A stretch of 64,000 nucleotides of DNA from an uncultured Gemmatimonadaceae bacterium (GCA_963817955.1 CAWFQK010000004.1:1376001-1440000), one strand, 5' to 3'. Positions 1 through 9,904 are shown, counted from the first letter of the stretch. Notes: a model not told the origin generated them from the sequence alone. Numbers and translations: made by a program.

Positions 1-1
1 C

Positions 2-54
2 TTGCTAATATCGGAACCGGTCGCCATACTTAGCGGTATAACGCATGCGTTATA
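2..54 (+). promoter_or_regulatory. Probable sigma70 promoter and operator of the TAC operon
   Basis: TTGCTA(2-7)-17 bp-CATACT(25-30). A perfect 18-bp palindrome TATAACGCATGCGTTATA (37-54) overlaps the toxin start codon. Confidence 0.6.
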
Positions 55-491
55 ATCGCGAGGCCGCCGCCGACGACTGGCAATTATTTGAGATTGTCCT
101 CCGCAACGGTGCTGAGAGGCCGTGCAGCGACGCTTACGCTACCGCGAACGACGAGGAATTGGCGGACGTCTTCGACGCTTTGAGAAAGCTTCGCGCCTCC
201 GGTTTCCCCCCGGACCGAAACCGAGGCAATCCGGAGCTTGAGACCGTTAAGTACAAGTGCCATGGAGCGCATAAGAGCACAGCGTTTATTGTCCTCAAGG
301 CGAAGCCGAGCGGCTGGCGTCTTTACTTCTACATCAAAGAGCGTGAACACAAGCAAGCCGAGTTCCTCCACGCGGTCCACAAGAAAAAGTGGAAGCGCGA
401 CGATGACGACTTCAACCGCTGTTGCGCCTTACTCGCCGCCGCTCAAGGAAGGAATGGAGGTTGCGCCCCACTCTTCATCCCTGATCGCTAA
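45..491 (+). CDS. RelE/HigB-like (Gp49-type) toxin of a TAC system
   Basis: 148 aa with the C-terminal pattern LKAKPSGWRLYFY...EFLHAVHKK, typical of the RelE/HigB fold. First gene of a toxin-HTH-SecB triplet. Confidence 0.65.
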   Translation: MRYNREAAADDWQLFEIVLRNGAERPCSDAYATANDEELADVFDALRKLRASGFPPDRNRGNPELETVKYKCHGAHKSTAFIVLKAKPSGWRLYFYIKEREHKQAEFLHAVHKKKWKRDDDDFNRCCALLAAAQGRNGGCAPLFIPDR

Positions 492-969
492 GCGGCTGGG
501 TTCAGGAGCGAGAGGCTTCTGGCTTACATGGCTTCGTCGACCGGCGTCTGACGTCGCCGAGGCTGTTATGCGCCTGCGTCGGCTGCGCGGCCTGAGTCAG
601 AACAGTCTGGCGAAGCGAATGGGGACGCAGCAACCAGCGATTGCCAGAATTGAAGCTGGAGACGGGAACCTTCGTCTGACAACACTCGTTGCGCTGGCAA
701 AAGCACTGGACGCTACAGTACGCATCGACATCGAACCGACCGAACACCTAGAACAACAACAGCGGGCGGCACGGTGGTGGGAAACAACAAAAGCGCTCGA
801 CGTTTCTCACGTCACAAACTTCTTCGTGCACGCAACAATTAATCTGACTTTTCAGCCGCCTCCGGCGGCACAGCTCGGAGTCGCAAGAATTCTTTCTGAG
901 GAACACGTGCCGATCGCCGACTTTGATATCGAACGTGCAGCCGAAGCGTGCCTACTGGCGAAGGGCTAG
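454..969 (+). CDS. XRE-HTH antitoxin (HigA-like) with long C-terminal extension (candidate chaperone-addiction tail)
   Basis: HTH LRRLRGLSQNSLAKRMGTQQPAIARIEAG. In-frame ATG at 454 follows AAGGAAGG and overlaps the toxin end. About 75 aa aromatic-rich tail. Confidence 0.8.
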   Translation: MEVAPHSSSLIAKRLGSGARGFWLTWLRRPASDVAEAVMRLRRLRGLSQNSLAKRMGTQQPAIARIEAGDGNLRLTTLVALAKALDATVRIDIEPTEHLEQQQRAARWWETTKALDVSHVTNFFVHATINLTFQPPPAAQLGVARILSEEHVPIADFDIERAAEACLLAKG

Positions 970-978
970 GATAGAAAG

Positions 979-1482
979 GTGTCGAAGAAGACCAAAGACA
1001 AACCGCAGGCGACGGCCGCGACTGACTTGAGCAAACTGCCGGTGCGCCTCGACCGGATCGCGCTGCGTGCCGCAACTTACGAAGAGAAGGAGATTAGCTC
1101 GCCGCCACTTCCGGTCGCGCTTGGGCAGTCGGTGGCAATGGCTGTTGATGTGCAGGGAGGAGTTGGCACTCGAGGCGAATTTCTTGAATTACAGCTGCGA
1201 TTAACCATCGAGCCCGATTCGAGATACATCCCTGTGAAAGTGGCTGTGACATACAGTGCGTTCTTCGTAAGGCCGCCCACGATGGCAGACGACACTGCCG
1301 TCGACTTTCTGCACGGCGCCGGAGTGAGAATACTCTTTCCATACATACGCGAGACCGTCAGCAACTTGACGAGCCGCGGAGTCTTCGGGCCAGTCTGGCT
1401 TGACCCCATGGACATTCAAATCATCCAGGCGAAGAAGCAGAAGGCAAGCAGCGATCCCGACCCGCGGCCTAACGAACGCTGA
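979..1482 (+). CDS. SecB-like chaperone
   Basis: SecB signature ILFPYIRETVSNLTSRG..GPVWLDPMD. Confidence 0.85.
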   Translation: MSKKTKDKPQATAATDLSKLPVRLDRIALRAATYEEKEISSPPLPVALGQSVAMAVDVQGGVGTRGEFLELQLRLTIEPDSRYIPVKVAVTYSAFFVRPPTMADDTAVDFLHGAGVRILFPYIRETVSNLTSRGVFGPVWLDPMDIQIIQAKKQKASSDPDPRPNER

Positions 1483-1559
1483 AGCTGACAAGCGATCTAT
1501 TGATTGCTCGCTGCGCTCGCTCTATCTGACTCGCTTGCAGCTTCGCTGGGGCGTTATAC
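1467..1559 (+). repeat. attC site (complete)
   Basis: GCCTAAC-gaacgctgaagctg...gcagcttcgctggggc-GTTATAC; 93-bp imperfect palindrome. Confidence 0.9.
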
Positions 1560-1589
1560 GGCAACCTGACCACATGTTACATTAAGAGC

Positions 1590-1811
1590 ATGACTCTTCA
1601 ATTCACGGCGGTGTTCCGCCAAGTCCCCGAAGGGTATATCGGCTTCGTCGAAGAGCTTCCCGGCGCCAACACGCAGGGTGCGACTCTCGAAGAAGCGCGC
1701 TCGAATCTGCCTGAGGCCGTCGCCCTCGTCCTGGAAGCCAACCGTGCACTCGCCGAGGAAGATCTTCGCGGCGCGGACGTTATTCGCGAGCCGCTGCGCC
1801 TGACCGCGTAA
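1590..1811 (+). CDS. hicB: HicB-family antitoxin
   Basis: GYIGFVEELPGANTQGATLEEARSNL.EAVAL motif. Confidence 0.9.
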   Translation: MTLQFTAVFRQVPEGYIGFVEELPGANTQGATLEEARSNLPEAVALVLEANRALAEEDLRGADVIREPLRLTA

Positions 1812-1817
1812 CGTCGT

Positions 1818-2003
1818 GTGAAGCGGATCGATCTCATTAGGCACCTCGAGGCCCATGGCTGCTCTCTTCTTCGTGAAGGCGGCAGCCATTCAGTTTTCGT
1901 GCATCGCGCGAAGCGAAAGAGTTCCGCCGTGCCTCGGCACCGTGAGATCAACGAATACTTAGCTCGACAGATCTGCCGCGATCTCGAAATTCCAGAGCCT
2001 TGA
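1818..2003 (+). CDS. hicA: HicA-family toxin
   Basis: LIRHLEAHGC.LLREGGSH...VPRHREI motif. Confidence 0.9.
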   Translation: MKRIDLIRHLEAHGCSLLREGGSHSVFVHRAKRKSSAVPRHREINEYLARQICRDLEIPEP

Positions 2004-2017
2004 TCCCTCGACCTGCC

Positions 2018-2049
2018 GTATAACGAACGCTGAAGCTGCGGCGTTAAGC
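2018..2049 (+). repeat. Collapsed attC (32 bp)
   Basis: GTATAAC gaacgctgaagctgcggc GTTAAGC: both R boxes are present and the centre is deleted. Confidence 0.75.
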
Positions 2050-2076
2050 AGCAACAGAAATGGTTTAAGATCAGGC

Positions 2077-2334
2077 ATGCCTGTCATCTCTCGGTTCCTC
2101 GGCATCGCGATCGCCATCCTCTTCCGCGATCACGATCCGCCGCACTTTCACGCCACCTACGGCGAGTTCGAGATTACCGTCACCATCCGAGACGGGCAGG
2201 TGCGTGGTGAATTCCCGAAACGCGCCCGCGCGCTTGTGCTCGAATGGCTTGAGCTCCACCGCGACGAACTGCTGGCGGACTGGGACCGCGCCCGCGCCGG
2301 CCAGCCGCTCGCGCCGATTCCTCCGTTAGAGTAG
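2077..2334 (+). CDS. DUF4160-family protein (TA-like)
   Basis: MPVISRFLGIAI....DHDPPHFHATYG motif. Confidence 0.85.
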   Translation: MPVISRFLGIAIAILFRDHDPPHFHATYGEFEITVTIRDGQVRGEFPKRARALVLEWLELHRDELLADWDRARAGQPLAPIPPLE

Positions 2335-2357
2335 TTTCCCCTCGAGGAGCGCAAGAC

Positions 2358-2609
2358 ATGCTGAACGTCCGCAAAGTCGAACATCGGGGCGGCCACCGCC
2401 TCTGGGTCCAGTTGAGCGACGGTACCGAAGGCGAAGTGGATCTCCAGGCCTACCTTGACGGAGCCGTCTTCGAGCCGCTACGCGACGTCAGCTTGTTCGC
2501 GCAGGTGCGCATCGATCCGGAGATTCGCACCGTCGCGTGGCCCAACGGCGCCGATCTCGCTCCGGAGTTCTTGCGCGACCTGCTCGGCTCCGGCGTCGCT
2601 GCTGTTTAA
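2358..2609 (+). CDS. DUF2442-family protein (partner of DUF4160)
   Basis: LSDGTEGEVDL...VFEPLRD...TVAWPNGADLAPE motif. Confidence 0.85.
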   Translation: MLNVRKVEHRGGHRLWVQLSDGTEGEVDLQAYLDGAVFEPLRDVSLFAQVRIDPEIRTVAWPNGADLAPEFLRDLLGSGVAAV

Positions 2610-2640
2610 CGAACGCTGAACTTGCCACGCTGCGGATGGG
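2604..2640 (+). repeat. attC left half (truncated)
   Basis: GTTTAAC gaacgctgaacttg; no matching right half before the IS cluster. Confidence 0.6.
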
Positions 2641-2719
2641 CGGCTCACGACCATCACGACCATCATGGACATCTAAGCATGCGCTCCGTATCCGTCGCTG
2701 CTGTCGCGCTGGCGCTCCT

Positions 2720-3092
2720 CGGTTCGGCGGCGTGGAGACCTTCGCGCCGGAGCAGCGCGCCCAGCTCATTCTCGCTCAAGCCGCGCGCTTCGGTCACCAC
2801 GCGGAGCTTCTCCGCGCCCGTCCACCGCTTCTTCTTCTTCTTCGAGGAACCCATGCCCTCGACGTTACGCGCTTCCCGCAGCCATCGCGAGAGAGAGGCT
2901 GACCGACACCGACCTCGTGCGCGAGGGCGTTGGCACTCATCGCCGACGGCCCGATCAAGCGACGCAGCATTCGGTCCTTGAACGCCGGACTGTATTGCGG
3001 CATGACACTACCCACCTTTGACCCCCGAGGATGCTCTACGTTTGACCGCTTAAGCTACTGCGGTCGTACGACAACTATCCTGACACCGGGGG
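2720..3092 (-). pseudogene. IS3-family remnant (orfA, frameshifted and truncated)
   Basis: MPQYSPAFKDRMLRRL...(frameshift)...RWTGAEKLRVVTEARGLSENELGALLRREGL from ATG 3003. Boundaries are approximate. Confidence 0.65.
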
Positions 3093-4248
3093 GTCCGGGA
3101 TCGCGGACGTTAGGTCGCTTGCACCGTCAGTTGCCTTGGATCGTAGCGTTCTCCTCGTTTCCACAGTCGTAACGTGATCGCCGCGAGCTTCCGCGCGAGC
3201 GTCACCCGCGCCAGTTCCTCTCGCATGCCGCGGCTGACCAATCCCTGATACCACTCCCGCAACGCGGCCGTGGCGGCACCTTTGAACACATCCTTCACCA
3301 CGCGGGAGCTAATGTCGAAAGGTGTGGAAATAGACGGAAGGCGGTGACACCTTCTCGGGTGAGCCAATCACCCCCGGGAGAATCCCGGCAACGAAAAGGA
3401 GCCACCGCCCATGAAGAAGATGAAGGATGAGCCAGCCACGTCAAGCGCGACGTGGGACACATTGGAATCCTTTGCCCGGATGCATGTCCAAGGATTCATT
3501 CAGCAGCTGTTGGAAGAAGAGGTGACCGAGCTGCTCGGTCGAGCGAAGTCCGCGCGCCGTGGCGCGGTGGATGCGCCGGCCGGGGCGCGCAACGGGCACG
3601 GGAAGCCGCGGACCCTCGCGCTCATGAATGGGACCATCGTGGTGCGCCGGCCACGGGTGCGCGACCTGGATGAGCTGTTCGTGAGCCGCCTGCTGCCGCT
3701 CTTTCAGCGGCGCACCAAGGAACTGAGCACGCTGTTGCCCGAGCTGTATTTGCATGGCCTCGCGCTCGGGGATTTCGAACTCGCGCTCCGCGGCCTGTTG
3801 GGCGACGGGGCGCCGCTGAGTGCGAGCTCGCTTGTGCGCCTCAAGGCGACGTGGCAGGCGGAGTATGCGGTGTGGCAGCGGCGCGACCTGAGCGCCCTCA
3901 AGCTGGTGTATCTCTGGGCGGACGGCGTGTATGTGAAAGCGGGGCTTGAGCATAGCAAGGCGGCGCTCCTGGTGTTGATCGGCGCCGACGCGGAGGGGCG
4001 GAAACACGTCCTCGCGGTGACCAGTGGCGAGCGGGAATCGGTGGTGAGCTGGACCGCCGTGCTCCGCGACCTGAAGGCGCGCGGGCTCTGCGCCCCCAAG
4101 CTCACGACCCCGGCGGCCACCCAAACTCCCCCACCTGTGGCCACCTCAAAATCCCCCACCCGCTGATGGGTAGCGGCGCCTAATCCGAGGCGCCGAAACG
4201 GCAGGACGTACACTCCTCCTCGACTCTTTTTCGGGGAGTAACCACGGA

Positions 4249-5841
4249 GTGAACGTCTTGAAACCGCATCGACGCATCATGGTCGAGACGCTGCTGGCCA
4301 GCGGCGCGACGCACCGAGAGATCGAACGACGCACGGGCGTGGATCGAAAGACGATCCGCCGGTACGCGCGGGGCCCGGCCCCCAATGCGTCAAACTCCCC
4401 CACCCCGGCCACCGGCTTTGACGAGGCGGTTGCGCAAACTCCTCCACCCCGGCCACCGGCTTTGGCGGAGCGAGACGTCGTCGCGCAGGCGACGGTCACG
4501 GCGCCGACGCCCCGATGGACGCCCTCCGCGTGCGAGCCCCATCGCGCGTGGCTCGAGACCCAAGTCCAACTCGGGCGCAACGCCGTGAGTCTCTACCAGG
4601 AGCTCGTGGACGAGCACGGGTTCACGCATCACTACAACTCCGTCAAACGGTTCGTTGCCACGCTGCGACGGCGCGAACCGGAGCGATTCGATGTCTTGGC
4701 GTACCTGCCCGGCGAGGAGGCCCAAGTCGACTACGGCCAAGGGGCGTTGACGCTGTGGAAGCCCGATCACTACAAGCGACCGTACCTGTTCGTGATGACG
4801 CTCAAGTATTCCGGGAAGAGCTTTCGCAAGGTCGTCTGGAAGACGAATCAAGAGATATGGGCGCGGTTACACGAGGAGGCCTTCCGCACGTTTGGCGGCT
4901 GCCCAGCGTACGTGGTATTAGACAACTTAAAAGAGGGCGTACTCCGACCCGACCTCTACGAGCCCGAGCTGAACCCGGTGTACGCGGCGATGCTCGCCCA
5001 CTATGGCGTCGTGGCGGATCCGTGCCGCGTGCGGGATCCCAATCGCAAAGGGACCGTCGAAAGCGCGATCCAGCACACCCAAGGCACGGCCCTCAAAGGG
5101 AAACGGTTCGCGGCGATCGACGCGCAGAACGTGTATCTCGCGACGTGGGAAGAGCGCTGGGCCGCGACGCGCATCCACGGCCGCAAGAAGCGGCAAGTGC
5201 TCGAGATGTATCGCGAGGAGCAGCCGCACCTTCGCGCGCTCCCGGCCATGCCCATGCAGTACTTCACGCAAGGCACCCGCACTGTCGACGATAGTGGGCT
5301 CGTGCAAGTCAGCGCGTCGTACTACTCGGCGTTACCGGCCGCGCCGACGAGCACGGTCACCGTCCGCCTCTACGCGCGCGAGATCGAGATCCTCGATGCC
5401 GCCGGCCAACTGCTCCGCCGACACGAGATCGCCCCGCGCAAGGGGACCTTCACGATGGACGAGACGGATCGGCTCTTCAATCCCTCGCGCGAGACGGCTC
5501 GCTTGCTGAACAAAGCCGCGCGGATCGGTCCCCACACCGCCGCCTTCGCGCAGCATCTCTTTGCCCATCTCGGCCGGCCGGGCCAACGCGCGCTGTACGG
5601 CCTGACCAATCTCGTCCGCACCTACTCGTGCGCCAACATCGACGCCGTCTGTGCGCGCCTGGTTGCGGCCGAGTGTGTCACCTATGCCGCCGTGAAGCGC
5701 GCCCTGGAACGCACGTGCGCCCCGGACGCGTCGCCCACCCGGCCCATGCTGACGCAGACCGGCCCGGCGATCCGCGCCATCGCTGAGTACCAGGACTTCT
5801 GGGATACGCATTCACACACTCTCCTGCCGGAGCCCCGCTGA
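4249..5841 (+). CDS. istA: IS21 transposase IstA
   Basis: N-terminal HTH; PGEEAQVDYG, VLDNLK and KGTVE DDE motifs. Confidence 0.93.
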   Translation: MNVLKPHRRIMVETLLASGATHREIERRTGVDRKTIRRYARGPAPNASNSPTPATGFDEAVAQTPPPRPPALAERDVVAQATVTAPTPRWTPSACEPHRAWLETQVQLGRNAVSLYQELVDEHGFTHHYNSVKRFVATLRRREPERFDVLAYLPGEEAQVDYGQGALTLWKPDHYKRPYLFVMTLKYSGKSFRKVVWKTNQEIWARLHEEAFRTFGGCPAYVVLDNLKEGVLRPDLYEPELNPVYAAMLAHYGVVADPCRVRDPNRKGTVESAIQHTQGTALKGKRFAAIDAQNVYLATWEERWAATRIHGRKKRQVLEMYREEQPHLRALPAMPMQYFTQGTRTVDDSGLVQVSASYYSALPAAPTSTVTVRLYAREIEILDAAGQLLRRHEIAPRKGTFTMDETDRLFNPSRETARLLNKAARIGPHTAAFAQHLFAHLGRPGQRALYGLTNLVRTYSCANIDAVCARLVAAECVTYAAVKRALERTCAPDASPTRPMLTQTGPAIRAIAEYQDFWDTHSHTLLPEPR

Positions 5842-6608
5842 TGCCGATGTCCATCCCCGAGCTTGAACGCGCCCTCACCAATCTCCGCCTCTCCGGCATG
5901 ACGGCCACGCTGGAAGCCCGCGCGCTGCAAGTGGCCAGTCACGAGATGGGCTTTCTTGAGGCCTTCTCCTGGCTCGTGCAAGATGAACTCGACCGTCGTC
6001 GCTCCCGGCTGCTCGATCGGCGCCACACCCTCTCGGGACTCCCCGACCGCAAGGACCTCACGAGCTTCGACTGGACCTACAATCCGCGCCTCCCGAAACG
6101 CGACGTCCTCGACCTCGCGACGCTCAAGTTTCTTGACGCCAAGGAAGACGTGCTCGTCCTCGGTCCGCCCGGCACCGGCAAAAGTCACGTCGCCAAAGCG
6201 CTTGCCACCACCGCCGTTAGTCGAGGCTACAAGGTGCTCTATCGCGAAGCGCATCAGCTCATCGAAGACATCACCGAGGCGCGCGAGCTGGGAGAGATTC
6301 GGAAACTGCGTGCCCAGATCGCCGCCGCAGACCTACTCCTGGTCGACGATCTCTTTCTGCGCAAGCTCCCGACGACGGCCGGTGACGAACTCGCCGACGT
6401 CCTCATGGCTCGCCACGAAAAAGCGTCCACGATGATCACGTCCAACCGACCACTCGAGGACTGGACGCGACTCCTCGGGGATGTCGTCGTCGTCACCCCG
6501 CTCCTCGACCGCCTGATGCACCATGGCCATTTGCTCAAGTTTGATGGCAAGAGCTGGCGGCTGAAAGAGGCTGCCGCTCGGGCAGCCAAACAGAAGGCAG
6601 CGAACTAA
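5841..6608 (+). CDS. istB: IS21 ATPase IstB
   Basis: Walker A GPPGTGKS, Walker B LLLVDD, ITSNR, LDRLMHH. Confidence 0.95.
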   Translation: MPMSIPELERALTNLRLSGMTATLEARALQVASHEMGFLEAFSWLVQDELDRRRSRLLDRRHTLSGLPDRKDLTSFDWTYNPRLPKRDVLDLATLKFLDAKEDVLVLGPPGTGKSHVAKALATTAVSRGYKVLYREAHQLIEDITEARELGEIRKLRAQIAAADLLLVDDLFLRKLPTTAGDELADVLMARHEKASTMITSNRPLEDWTRLLGDVVVVTPLLDRLMHHGHLLKFDGKSWRLKEAAARAAKQKAAN

Positions 6609-8265
6609 CTTCCCCTCGTCCTGCCGGCCATCAAGTGGAGGAGTTTGACCCGGCCACAGGTGGGGGAGTTTGAGGTGGCCACCGGGGCTCACGATCGCCG
6701 ATGGGCATCTCGGCCTCTGGGGCGCTCTCGCGGCAATCTATCCGACGAGTGCCGAGCAGCGGTGTTGGAATCACAAGCTGCGGAACGTGCTCGACCTGGT
6801 GCCGACGAAACGCCAAGCCGAAGTCACCGTGCAGCTCCAGCAGATCGCCGCGGCGGAGACACAGCGGGCGGCGGAGCGGCTGCGCGACGCGTTTGCCCGC
6901 ACGTACCGTCGCGTGGTGCCCAAAGCCGTCGAGTGCCTCGAGCGGGATTGGGACCGCCTGGTCGCGTACTACGCCTTTCCGCAGGAGCACTGGAAGCATC
7001 TGCGCACGACGAACGTGATCGAGTCTCCGTTTGCCGCGGTGCGGCTCCGCACGACCGCGGCGAAGCGCTTCAAGAAAGTGGAGAACGCCACGACGTTGAT
7101 CTGGAAGACCTTACTCGTCGTCGAACAACATTTCCGCAAACTGAACGCCCCGCACCGCTGCACCGACGTGTACGATGGCGCCGTATTTCACGACGGAATC
7201 TGCACCGTGACCCCGACCCGGGAACGGATCGCCGCCTGACGCCTATTTACACACCAATTGACAAGAGCTCTCACCCGGTTGTGATTGCGATTGAGGCCAC
7301 GCGTCTGCACATACCGCCGCCGGCGGCGCACCGGCCGCTGACCGTCGAGCTCGTACTCGGCACTGGTCCGGGTGACGACCGCGAGGCCCGCGTAGGCCCA
7401 GAGGTGGCGCTTCGTGCGGAAGCGCCAGGGCGTCTGCAGCGTCGCGAGGAGGAGCGCGACCCGCACCGGTCCGAGATACGGAATGCTGCGCAGCCCGGCC
7501 CACGCCGGATCTCGTTTCGCTTCCGCGAGCATCGCCGCCTTCGCCTTGGGGCGTAGCTGCTGCAGGACCGCGAGTTCGTCGTACAATGTCGCGGCCCGGA
7601 ACCGCACGCCCCGCTCCGCCAACTGCTGCAGCCACGTCCGGCGCCGAGCTGTTTGATAGACGGCGGTGCCGGGCGTCTTGATGCCGCGCGCCCGAAACAA
7701 CGCCTTGAGCCGTTGCATCACGCGCGTCGAGTCCTCGACGAGATTGGCATAGGTCCGCGCCAGCTCTTTGAGCGTGGCCCGATCGGCACTGCCATGATAG
7801 ACAGCCCGGAGCCGCCCAGAGCGCAGCAATTCCGACAACTCGTCGGCATCCGGCTGATCGCCCTTGTTGCCTTGCGGGGCTTGTCCGCGCCGGTTGCACA
7901 CGAGGACCCGGTCCACCACGGGCACGAGCAGATCGTGCAGCCACTGCGCCTGCGTGCCTTCCTCAAACGCGACGTGGACGGAGCCACGCATGCCGCGGAA
8001 CCAGTCCACGATCGGCGCGGCCTCCGTTGGCAAAATGGTCCGCGCGATCACGCGTCCCGTCTCCTCTCGCACCGTCGTCCCCGTAGTTGCCTGGTGCACA
8101 TCGAGCCCGACATACTTCAGCGTCCGTTTCATGAGAGCGCCTCCTGGCTGGGAGCTGTGGTTGCTCAACAACTCCACATGACCCGTCAGGGGCGCGCGCT
8201 CAATATCCGTTAGCTCGCCACCTAGTAACGCTTTACGTTATGGGCGGCCAGCGTTATTATTGCAG

Positions 8266-8653
8266 GTGATCAAGAGCTTCGCGAGTCGTGACACCGAGCG
8301 CCTCTTCCAGCGGGAGCGTGTGCGGCGCTTTCCGGCCGAGCTCATGCTCCGAAAGCTCGTGGTGCTCGACGCGGCGTCCCGGCGAAATCCTCGCCGCCGA
8401 TTTTCTTGAGCCGCTCGGCCTGTCACAGTATCGTCTGGCGAAGGACATCAGTGTGCCGGCGCGTCGGGTGAACGAGATCGTGCATGGAACGCGAGCAATC
8501 AGCGCTGACACCGCGCTTCGGCTCGCGCGGTACTTCGGCACAAGCGATCGCTTCTGGTTGAATCTGCAGGCTCGCTATGACCTTGAGGTGGAGCGCGATC
8601 ATCTCGGTGCTCGGCTGGAGAAGGAAGTTCGAGTCCTCGACCGGGCGAGCTAA
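8266..8653 (+). pseudogene. higA: higB-higA module with internal deletion
   Basis: GTG 8266 gives MIKSFASRDTERLFQRERVRRFP...LDAA (HigB N-terminus). This joins directly to PGEILAADFLEPLGLSQYRLAKDI...FWLNLQARYDL (HigA lacking its start). Confidence 0.8.
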
Positions 8654-8670
8654 CGTACGCCGCAGCCGAA
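8648..8670 (+). repeat. attC remnant (R'' only)
   Basis: AGCTAAC is complementary to the cassette start at 8209; the rest is deleted. Confidence 0.55.
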
Positions 8671-8717
8671 CGGCGCGCCGCTTGACCACCGCCAGCCGCC
8701 ATCGTACTCTCCAAATC

Positions 8718-8954
8718 ATGGTGGCTCCCAATTACCACGACCGCATTGTCAGCGATCCGAACGTCCGGTTTGGCAAGCCGGTCGTGCGCGGAACGCGCAT
8801 TTCCGTCGGAGATGTGCTCGGTTATCTCGCCGGGGGAATGACCGAACCCGACATTCTCACCGACTTTCCGCAACTCAGCCACGAGGACATCGTGGCCTGT
8901 CTCGCGTTCGCTGCCGACCGCGAGCGACGCCTGGCGACCGTACCGGGCCTCTGA
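8718..8954 (+). CDS. DUF433 antitoxin (VapB45-like)
   Basis: RIVSDPNVRFGKPVVRGTRISV..VL motif. Confidence 0.9.
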   Translation: MVAPNYHDRIVSDPNVRFGKPVVRGTRISVGDVLGYLAGGMTEPDILTDFPQLSHEDIVACLAFAADRERRLATVPGL

Positions 8955-8978
8955 CATCGGCGTCGAGCCGTCTCACTC

Positions 8979-9311
8979 GTGAAACTGCTCTTCGACGAGA
9001 ACTTGTCAGGCCAGCTTCCGCGCCTGCTCGCTGATCTCTTTCCCGATTCAGATAGCGCCCTGCGCCTTGGGCTCGGTGGCGCCTCCGACGATGCAGTCTG
9101 GGAACACGCGAAACGCGCCGAGTTCGTTCTCGTCACGAAGGATGAAGACTTTCAACGCCTCAGTGTCTTGCGAGGCCCGCCGCCCAAGGTGATTTGGATT
9201 CGCCTCGGCAATTGTGCCACCGCCGATGTTGCACGAATGGTCCGCTTTCGGGTCGAGCAGATACACGTCTTTCTCACCGATTCGGAGGCCGCGTTCCTCG
9301 CACTCGGCTAA
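8979..9311 (+). CDS. DUF5615/PIN-like toxin (VapC45-like)
   Basis: MKLLFDENLS...SDDAVW...VTKDEDF...GPPPKVIWIRLGN. Confidence 0.9.
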   Translation: MKLLFDENLSGQLPRLLADLFPDSDSALRLGLGGASDDAVWEHAKRAEFVLVTKDEDFQRLSVLRGPPPKVIWIRLGNCATADVARMVRFRVEQIHVFLTDSEAAFLALG

Positions 9312-9329
9312 CGAGCATCCCGGCGCCCC

Positions 9330-9427
9330 GCACAACGATCATTGCAGCAGACGGGCGAGCTATGGATGCAGCGGCTTCACCGCTGCATCCTAATGTGTTC
9401 GCCCGCAGCTGAATTCGAGCGTTCGCC
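9330..9427 (+). repeat. attC site (preceded by a second R'' remnant GGCTAAC 9306-9312)
   Basis: GCACAAC...central hairpin GGATGCAGCGG/CCGCTGCATCC...GTTCGCC. Confidence 0.75.
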
Positions 9428-9478
9428 ACGCCACCAAAGTACGGTGTAAGTTGAAGAGGGCCTTCATCGGAGCGCCGC

Positions 9479-9703
9479 ATGCAGACCGATCAGCTTCCCA
9501 TTCATAGCGATCCCGAGATCATGGGCGGCACGCCCGTGTTCGTCGGTTCCCGCGTCCCCGTCCAGACGCTCCTCGATTATCTCGAAGCGGGCGATCCCCT
9601 CGACGAGTTTCTCGACAATTTTCCGAGCGTCTCGCGCGAGCAAGCCGTCGCGGTTCTCGAGCTCGCGAAGGATCTGCTGCTCGCGCGGGCCACGGCGGCG
9701 TGA
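9479..9703 (+). CDS. DUF433 antitoxin
   Basis: IHSDPEIMGGTPVFVGSRVPVQTLLDYL motif. Confidence 0.9.
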   Translation: MQTDQLPIHSDPEIMGGTPVFVGSRVPVQTLLDYLEAGDPLDEFLDNFPSVSREQAVAVLELAKDLLLARATAA

Positions 9704-9790
9704 CCTCGGAGTCCGGCCTCGCTCGTCGCGTTCTGCTGGATGAATGTGTACCGCGGCTCCTCTTGCGCGAATGTCGCCGCCAGCGGCATC
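9700..9790 (+). pseudogene. Truncated DUF5615/PIN toxin
   Basis: Only the N-terminal RRVLLDECVPRLL is recognisable. Confidence 0.55.
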
Positions 9791-9904
9791 GCGGTGATCG
9801 TTCTTCACGCCCGATCAAATCGCGTTCCCGATTTGTCGCCGTTGTTACCCGCACTTCGAGAGCAGCTTGCGGGTGCCAAGGTCGGCACGGTCGCGCATGT
9901 GGGT

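Larger units (their letters stand above)
4108..6687 (+). mobile_element. IS21-family element, apparently intact
   Basis: Long IRs CCCCGGCGGCCACCCAAACTCCCCCACCTGTGGCC with internal repeats. Perfect 7-bp target duplication CTCACGA (4101-4107/6688-6694). Confidence 0.93.
3306..7270 (+). mobile_element. IS256-family element interrupted by IS21
   Basis: Terminal IRs GAGCTAATGTCGAAAGGTGTGGAAATAGAC / reverse complement GAGCTCTTGTCAATTGGTGTGTAAATAGGC. Imperfect 8-bp flanks CCACGCGG/TCACCCGG. Transposase halves 3411-4107 and 6695-7239 rejoin in frame (KLT|IADG). Confidence 0.9.
3093..8208 (-). mobile_element. IS110/IS1111 element type A, copy 1 (interrupted by IS256; downstream non-coding end lost)
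   Basis: Near-identical to 21076-22620. Transposase pieces are 7271-8132 (YVGLDVH, EEG, DQPDA) and 3110-3305. It ends CAATATCC directly before GTTAGCT of a cassette. Confidence 0.9.

Noticed and set aside
36..54. GTATAAC...GTTATAA at the window start as an attC
   Set aside because: Only an 18-bp perfect palindrome without L boxes; its position fits an operator.
238..453. Long N-terminal extension of the antitoxin ORF
   Set aside because: It overlaps the toxin gene, and a better start with RBS exists at 454.
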